64,000 nucleotides of DNA, taken from Macrostomum hystrix. Lineage: Eukaryota > Animalia > Platyhelminthes. Position 1 is the first letter of the stretch, and each line of letters starts with the position of its first letter. Made by a program: the position numbers and the translations under genes. Shown here piece by piece: positions 55,929 to 64,000 of this stretch. The notes beneath the pieces were generated by a model. It was not told where the DNA came from and made no database searches. It saw only the letters and a program-made list of their open reading frames with translations. The stretch is from assembly GCA_950097015.1 (NCBI GenBank), contig CATNEN010000039.1, forward strand, positions 4,712,001 to 4,776,000, in the 5' to 3' direction.

Positions 55929-58279
55929 TGCAATGCGGCACAGGCCTGCTTTCGCCTGCTATTTAAGCTTTGATTTTATTGGCAAATTTCACCGCCAGTT
56001 GGCAGGGGAGAGAAGGCCCTACTGCGATGCTTTCTCTGTCTCTCTCCCCCAAGTGTTGAGAGGAGAGGGAATGGAGGCCACAGCCTCAGTCTTGGTGGGC
56101 CAAGTTCTCACTGGTAGGCAAAAGCTGCAATGTGCAGTCTGTAATGCAGAGCAAAATATTAAATGCAATTATCATAGCTTCAGATTTTCACTATCAGGCA
56201 TACACAACAATGTGTCCTTTGACCATAGTACATGTTATATTGAATCATAGATGTAGCTATGATTTTAATACACTAGCATGCATTGTATGAAGGAATAACA
56301 AATTGGTTGATATAAAACTGAAAATTATTTATATTTACCTGTTTAAAAATCTCATAGAATATATTTAATACCCTTACTTGACTTATCACTAGTAGCTTAA
56401 GCACTTATTTTTTCAGCATTTAAACTCTAAGGTTGATAATAATAAACTCTGCCAACAGTTCACAGATTGTCAAAAATGACTTTATTGCAATCCATTACAG
56501 ATTACAGTAAAACAGACATAAGCTACATTTGCTAAATATACTAATATGACTATGAGGAGTGTCCCAAAAAGTAGAGTGAATATGCATTAGTATTAGTAAC
56601 TTATCAACCAAACACTAAACAGTGGATATTCTACTTGTTAAGGTAATAATAATTTAAATTATCTATTGTTCTAAAAGTTGTGAAAAAAAGAGATATAGTT
56701 CAATGTTTTCTTTGGTATAAAATCTGCTAAGCGTACCTAATATTTATATTTATAATGTAAATGATAAACATAAATAATAATAAAATAAATCTGACTAGCT
56801 GATCACACACTGGTGCAGAAATGGTGGGGCATCGAAAACTTGCACTTCGGGGTAATTTCGCCAATATGCCTCGCCCTCGCTCCATCAGCTTGTCTCAGGA
56901 CCCACGCCACACCACATGGCAAAAAAAACAAGTTGACTCTCCAAGCAAATCCAAGCCTAATGAGAGTTCTAAGCCAGGCAATCTTTTGTAGCTTAAATTA
57001 TTCTAGACCCCACAAACTAGAAATTTAAAACATGTATTAATTTAGGCGTTATAAGGGAAATTTAGATCAGCAATATAAGTAGCTACATAAATATTTATTT
57101 GTCTTTCAAAGGTTGTGTCCTCTAACTCTAAACACCAGACTGCAACTACTATATCAACGTTCGTGTGTTAGGGATTTTCTTGTAAACGCTGCATCTAGAC
57201 ATGACAAACCGCGAAGACAACTTGTTTTTTTAATGCAAGAGTCTGATTTAATGAATACGCAAATTTTTTCTAAATCATATAAAAATACGACACACATAAT
57301 ATTAATTGTAAATATTATTCAAGACTCGTAAGTCAAATTATCTACAAAACTATCTTCATTTCTTCGAAAAGAAACAATAGCCCACTTTTAAATAGAAACA
57401 TTTTAGTATTTTTAGGCATATTTTTTTGTATACATTCGTATTAACCGTTACTTTTATATTTCACTATTAAATTACTATTAAGCAAGCAAACTTTTTGTTC
57501 ATATAAGCACATTTTTACTGTGCATACCGGATAATACGTTGGAAAGATGAAGTCTGAATTATGATTAGTTCTTTGAGTTTGTAACAAAAAGGGCGAAAAA
57601 CGGTTAATTTTCTTGTGGTGTTTTTATACCACGTTGACGGAATCTTCTTGCTTTTTATAACTTTTGCATAGATGAAATTAGTTACAACGATTAAATAACT
57701 TACGCCACATTATGCTGCGCATTAAAATTGAAATAACTATTTCCATAAAACATTCGAGAATTTAAATTTAAAACGTTAGAAATTTATTTAAATAAAATTT
57801 ATCATTACGCTGCATTACTTACGAATTTTTATTCCCATTACGATAGCATTTTTTGATACGTAACTTTCGTACTTAATTAATAGTAGTTACTTAACTTTAC
57901 ATTTAACGAAGCTGCCTTCCCAGTTTTCAATCTGAAGTCAACTTGGCAGGGTTGTCTGCGATGGAATGCAAATTCCATAAAATTCATTGTTAATGATTAC
58001 TATCGACCACTAAAATTTTTGTCTCTCGTTCATCCTTTTTTCAAGCTGCAGCTTTGCCATGCCTTAGTCAGGTGAATAAATTATGTAATTACATTCAATA
58101 ATACGTGATTGGTTCACAGACTGAAATTGAAAGCAATTTTCGTTATTTTCGTTTCATTCATCTCTTTTTATTGGAAAGTGAGTACCAATTTCAATGTAAA
58201 ATTTATATTGACAATCGAAAAGCTAAAAATTTTTGCGAAACGATTCGCGAAAATTTAGAAGACAAACATATTTAAAAAA

Positions 58280-58480
58280 CTACTCCACAGGTCAAAAAAC
58301 AACTCCAAACAGTCACAAAACCACTCCACCGGTCACAAAACCACTCCACCAGTCACAAAACCACTCCACCAGTCACAAAACCACTCCACCGGTCACAAAA
58401 CCACTCCACCGGAAACAAAACCACTCCACCAGTCACAAAACCACTCCATCAGTCACAAAACCACTCCACCGGTCACAACC
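58280..58480. repeat. 20-bp minisatellite (CCACTCCACCAGTCACAAAA)n in the fucokinase 3' UTR
   Basis: Direct inspection. Confidence 0.9.
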
Positions 58481-58485
58481 GGCGA

Positions 58486-61400
58486 TTAGTCCTCGACAAA
58501 CTCCAGACCGTCCCGTGCCACCCGCACCGAGTGCAACCTGGCGCCGCCGCTGTCGGGCAGGATGCTGTCCGACGCAGCCAGCGTCAGCAGGCGGTTCCGC
58601 GCCGCGGGCGGCAGCAGAGCCGCTAGAAAGCCGCCACCGCCGGCCCCGCACAAAAGCGCCGCAGATGACTCCTCCGCCAAGCCGGCGGCTTCAGCCTCAA
58701 GTCGGTCCAGCAGGGCGCCAAGCTGAACAGTTTCGCTGCCAGGCGCCATCGCCGATTTTCTTCTACGATATCGCCGAACGCAGTCGCACATTGTTGACAG
58801 ATCGCCGATTTCAGCGGCAGCGGCGCAGGCTTCAGCGTCGTCAACTAATCCGGAGATAATGCTCACAACTGAGGCGTCGCGGCAGTGCCAGGCGCGCACA
58901 GCCTCTTGGAGCAGATTGCGCGCCAGCCGAGTCGTGCCCGTGTACAGCAGGACTAGGCTGGAGTCCAGACGGTCAAGAAAGCCGGGTGGAGTTTCCACTT
59001 GCGTAACCTGTAGAAGCCATGGAGTCGGGGGTATTGGAGCACGTGTGCGTGCGTTTGATAGTGTACGCTAATGTATGAGACATTGTGCCTTGCTCGCTGC
59101 TCACAGCTCGCTGTCCGCCCCTCCCCACTCCATTCTGGTGGCTGGTGGCCTTTGCGGCTTTGCGGCTCACCTGCGCTAAAAAATTTGTCTACAAAGACAA
59201 GAGTACAAAAAACACGCGGCAGTCTCACCTGCACCCGCAAAGGCAATCCTTGGGGCGATCGCGCCAGCTTCAGGCCGGGAAACAGTCCGCCAACCTGATC
59301 CTGCCAGCCGCCGCCTGTACTCAGCAGCTGCTCAACCGCCAGGACGCCGCGCACAAGAGCGTCCAGATCCACGGCCAGGCCGGCCCACCTGAGCAGCGCG
59401 GCCAGAATAGCACCGGCCAGAATGCTGCTGGTGCCCAGGCCGGAGCCCGCAGGCAGCCCGCTCCAGGCCGTCACGCGGATGCCGCAGTTGTCAGCGCCGC
59501 ACAGTCGAGCAACCTGCTCCCTCAGGCCGCCGGTAGCGTCGGGTTGTTCAACGCTGAACAGACCGGAAACAATCAGGCAGCATTTGGCAAGGGCGCCAGG
59601 CACCAGAGGACGGGAACAGTCGGCCAAGTCGGCCAGGCTCCTCAGACCGACCACGGCGCCGTTGCAGTCGGCATTGACCAGCTCGACAACTGCCACAGAA
59701 GAGTTGGCTTCGTCTCCGGCCTCCGCCATCAGCTGCAGGTCGAAGGCTTCAACTCGGCAGCCGATCGGCTTGCGGCCATTGACCAGGACTGCCAAGTTGG
59801 CCACGGCCCCGCCGAACTCCCAGCAGATCGGCGGGGTGTCCGACCAGCCGCCGGATAGGTCGACGCGAGCCGGGCAAATCGCGGTGACGCCCCGTCCGGG
59901 AATGACTGGAGGCCGGAGAGACGCAGGAACCTCGGTGCTGGCAGCAGCCACTGCGGAATTCGGAGCGCTGGTTGCTAGGAAAAGGAATTTCGAATCGATT
60001 TCATGAGTCCAGGAAGCGAAGCAGCTGAACTCACCGAAGGCATCACCATCTAGGCAGGAGGCCCGCACGGCTCCTGATACGAGCAGCTGCCCCGCGCGCT
60101 CGTAGTGCCTGGCGGCCCGCATCAGCAGGTCCGGCCGGCCCGCCCAGGCGGCGCGGAGGTCGGCCATGCCGGCAAGACCCTCGGCAAGGCGGCCGGAGGC
60201 GATGTGCGACAGAGCGCCGGACCAGAGACGATTGTCGGCCGGACCGCTGTGAAGGCCGCCGCGACCGCCAGCCTTGGTGCCTGCAGAGGATGAAAACTTT
60301 GAGTTCTCTTACTCACTCACTCACTCACTCACTCACTCACTCACTCACTCACACACTCACTCACTCACTCACTCACTCACTCACTCACTCACTCACTCAC
60401 TCACTCACTCACTCACTCACTCACTCACACACTCACTCACTCACTCACTCACTCACTCACTCACACACTCACTCACTCACTCACTCACTCACTCACACAC
60501 TCACTCACACACTCACTCACTCACTCACTCACTCACTCACACACTCACTCACTCACTCACTCACTCACTCACACACTCACTCACTCACTCACTCACTCAC
60601 TCACTCACTCACTCACTCACTCACTCACTCACTCACTCACTCACTCACTCACCCAGCAGCAGCCCGATGGCTGCCAGCACGCAGGCGGCCCCAGCCCTGG
60701 CAAGACCGCTGTCTCTGCTGCAGTTTCCACCCGGCTCTGCTGCAGTGGACGCTACTCGCAGCGCCAGTGAATCCAGCGCCGGCAGCAGCGGACCGTCGAG
60801 TCCGTGGGCCACAGCGAGTTCGAACAAAGACCTGAGCCCGGATCGACTGCTGGTACAAGCAGAGCTGCCAGTCAAAGTGTTAGATAGGCTTTTTACCAGA
60901 GACGATTTGGCAACTCTTCGCCGGTGCGCCAGTTCAGCTTCGGCGTCCGAGTTGGCCACAATTTCGGCCATAGACAGTCGCTGGCAACGACGCCAAATCG
61001 CTGCCGCCGCAGAATCTTCAGCATGGCTCGAATCGGCGCAGTTTAGCAGCCAGGCCAAGACTTGAAGCTGCAAGGTAAATTTTTGCTCGATTTTTACAAT
61101 AAAGCAAATAACTTTGAAACCGGAAAAGGCAGCAGACCTTCTCCTGATCAGAGGCCCCACGAGCCGGAAACAGCCGGCAGTGCCACAGACACCTGCGTAA
61201 CTCGTTAGACTGGCAGCCATCGAATAAATCGGCCTCGATAGCCAGCCCGGTGCGCCGAGAGAAGGCTTCCACGGGCTGCCCCAAAACTTGCCAGTCCTGA
61301 GTCCCTGGCGCCACAGGCTGCAGAAGGTTGTCTGTCCTTGCGGTGCCAATGTAGACAACCGAGTTGGTCTCTGAAATTGTCCAGTTTTGTCATGAAGATT

Positions 61401-63464
61401 TGCAACGATTTACAGTTTACTGTTTCTAAAGTAACACCACCATTGATTTACCTGCTGCGTCACTTGAACGAATTCGCACGCAGGCCAGGTAACAATCAAC
61501 TGGCGGCTTTAACAACCGTTTGAGTAGCGCCTCATGCTGCTGCTCAAATTCAAACCCAGCAGCTGCAACCAGCAGGCCTTCTGGCGCTCTTTCTGGATGG
61601 TATGCATCAACAGCATCGGCGCAGTGAAATTTCCAGCACGGCTGCTCGCTTGGTGAATAGTTCAACTCAAGCAGTCGAAAATACTCCGACGGTTCGTTGC
61701 CAAGGTAACAGAACTCCGCTGCCTGCAGCAGCACTAACCGATTCCGGAATCCGCCGAGGCGCTCTCTCAGCTGTCGGCTGGCTGCGTCAGTTCTGTCAGC
61801 GGCCTCCGCTGCTGTCAAAGCCGCCAGAGTCTTTGTGTCACCCAGACAGCGACTCTGGCACAATGCCGCCTCAACGGTGTTGGCAACGTTGACTGGAGGC
61901 GCTGGCGATGGACAGAATGCGGCGATGAGATCGAAGACCAGCGACAGATAGATTGGCGGCGCGCCGCTGTCGATGCCATCGTAGATGCAGCCGTGCAATG
62001 GCGCTGCGGTGTGCAGCCCCACCATGGCGCTGGCCACAGCAGGCGGAAAATAGTAGGGCCCGGACACGCGGGCGAATTTGCTTGGCGCGGTGTCGCCTGA
62101 TTTCGAGCCGCCGCAAATTTCCAGACCATCCAGTGCTTCAACAGACGGTCGATAGACAACCCGGCTGACGTGCCCGGAGCTCGGATCCAGGGCTAACACT
62201 CCATGCTGCTTAGCTTCGTCTGAGCTGCAGAGGCCGGCAACAGTGAGCACCTGGAAGTTTTCGAGTCGAAATCCAGATTGATGCAGATGCGCGACTGCAG
62301 TCAGCTAGCTGGGTGGATAATAGCTGGGTGCAGAAGGGCTGTGGGCAGTTGCAAAATCATTTTGCGATGGTCAACCCGCTGCCAGCGAGGAGGCAATTCT
62401 GCCCTTTACGCTGACTCCTGAGCACACATGCACGCAGCAATGCACGAATCGAGCTCATGGACTTAAGCGCGTGAGGCAAACGCGTTAACCGCTCAGCCAG
62501 CCACCCCTTACTGGTTGCATGGTTTACTAGTTGCTAGTTAAAGCAGTCAAGAAAATGAGCTCGAACCTCCGGGGGCTCGCAGGCCACCAGCTCACGCCAG
62601 GACATTGGTCGCGATAGGCGCAGGTAGAACTCGGTGCCGCAGACCCAGACTCCGGGCGGGCAGGCGTCGCTCTCCTCTTCATCACCGGCTCGGCTAGCGC
62701 TGGCGCAACAGAACTGCGTCAATTGGCGAACGCAATGAACCGCCAGGGGTGCCCAGGAATCTGAGACCAGCGATACGGACTCGCCAGATGTGTTTTCTGA
62801 GCTTACAGTGTTCTTGCGAGCGTCTGGCACTTCATGACCTAAATAGAATGGATGCAATAGAATATGAACTCGGCGTTTAAAATTGACTTAGATCCCGACA
62901 CTTAGAATCTCTGCATTTGATTGGATGGCCCAAAATGCGTTTTTTAGTAACTTGGGATTCGTGAGGACTGAGTATCTGGGATCTTCCTACCAAAATGGGA
63001 AGATTATCATGAAAATGACCCAGGTGATCATGTGATAGCCATAAGTATGTTTCTTCTAAAAAATATATAAACCAAAACGAAATCCCTGTCTCACCCCCAG
63101 ACGGCACCATCACCGCATGTCTCCCACAGGCATCAAACAGATACGGCCTACTCCCTGAACCAACGTGCAGGAGCAAAATGTTTCTGTTGACCAGTGCAAC
63201 ATCAGCGCTTAGAGTGGACAGGCCATTGACTGCTGACAGATGCTCCGTGACACAGTAGAGAGCATTCAATGTGGCGCCGCCGCTGCCAATGCAGGGAGCC
63301 GGATCAATCACTGTGAGCAGTTCGCCAATACTCAGGCGACCAGCCTTCTGTTCAATCCTCAGCGCTTGACTAACTTGATCTGCTGCCAGTTCAGACTGGC
63401 TGGTGACAGCAACCACATGCCAAAAAGGCTCTGAAGTGGCTTTGGCAGCCTGTGAGGCATCCAT
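58486..63464 (-). CDS. FCSK: L-fucose kinase; exons 63464-63095, 62796-62567, 62250-61452, 61370-61138, 61067-60653, 60280-60035, 59974-59229, 59007-58486 (~1186 aa)
   Basis: IGSGGATLNAL, GLHSGPADN, PARVDLSGGWSDTPP, GHMP motif LPAGSGLGTSSILAG, LSTGGGWQDQVGG, LYTGTTRLARNLLQ, GAGGGGFL. All junction phases are consistent. Confidence 0.92.
60310..60652. repeat. (CACT)n / (GAGT)n microsatellite filling a fucokinase intron
   Basis: Direct inspection. Confidence 0.97.
62328..62510 (-). mobile_element. Degenerate SINE copy (reverse)
   Basis: gcagaagggctgtgggcag..gaggcaattctgcc..gaatcgagctc..aacgcgttaaccgctc. Confidence 0.6.
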
Positions 63465-64000
63465 AAAATCAGGAGAAGTACGCAATAATTATAAATCTCG
63501 ACTATGAATATCAATCTATTTTTAAACAAGTAATTTTTGTTCATCACAAATGACTGCTGAAAGATGGTTGCATTGCAATGATTTCATCGATAGGTAGCAA
63601 TGCCAGGATTTCATCTAAATGTTATTCTCATGATTAAATTACAGCTGACCTTAGTGACAGATAATAATACAAATAAAATAGAACATATTTATAGCTGTAT
63701 TCTAATCTAGTAAGTTTTCTGCATAAAACATACTTTTAAATTAAAAATATTGTAAATACCTATTCTAAGACTCTGGACAAAAAGTTGCTTTAATTACAAA
63801 TAAATCTTAATGAGTTTTTATTTACTAAATAAATATTCTGAAATTTTATAAAATAATAATACAATCCAGACTCTTCATACGTCCCTAAATGAAATACAAG
63901 AAAGGTGCAACAAGAAACTAACTGGCTAAGAAAAGCTACAAAAAATATGTGAATTGTAATAGTTAAAGTAAAATTATTTTTATGAACTATCTATTCTTCC

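Overview
Eukaryotic (metazoan) genomic DNA with GC-rich, poly-Q/poly-A exons and introns packed with minisatellites and a tRNA-derived SINE. This style suggests a free-living flatworm such as Macrostomum; that is an inference from composition only. Host genes reconstructed by hand from splice sites and reading phase are: a PP1 glycogen-targeting subunit (PPP1R3-like, +), an equilibrative nucleoside transporter (+), an M14A carboxypeptidase B-like gene (+), a RUSC-like RUN-domain gene (-), a truncated DEG/ENaC-like gene (+), a SIK-family kinase (-) and L-fucose kinase (-). Two apparently young mobile elements stand out. (1) An 8.4-kb tyrosine-recombinase (Crypton-like) element sits inside a coding exon of the carboxypeptidase. 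Its single protein fuses GTSF1-like and C2H2 zinc fingers, a YR catalytic domain and an MSH6-like PWWP chromatin-reader domain. Its joined ends rebuild a 16-6-16 att/lox-like site. (2) A 10.7-kb Ty3/Gypsy LTR element sits in the RUSC-like intron. Its one 2.5k-aa ORF has the unusual order gag-ENV-protease-RT-RNaseH-IN, followed by a separate RING-finger ORF, and its LTRs carry clustered AP-1, Grainyhead and CArG sites. No database searches were run, so domain calls rest on recognised motifs.
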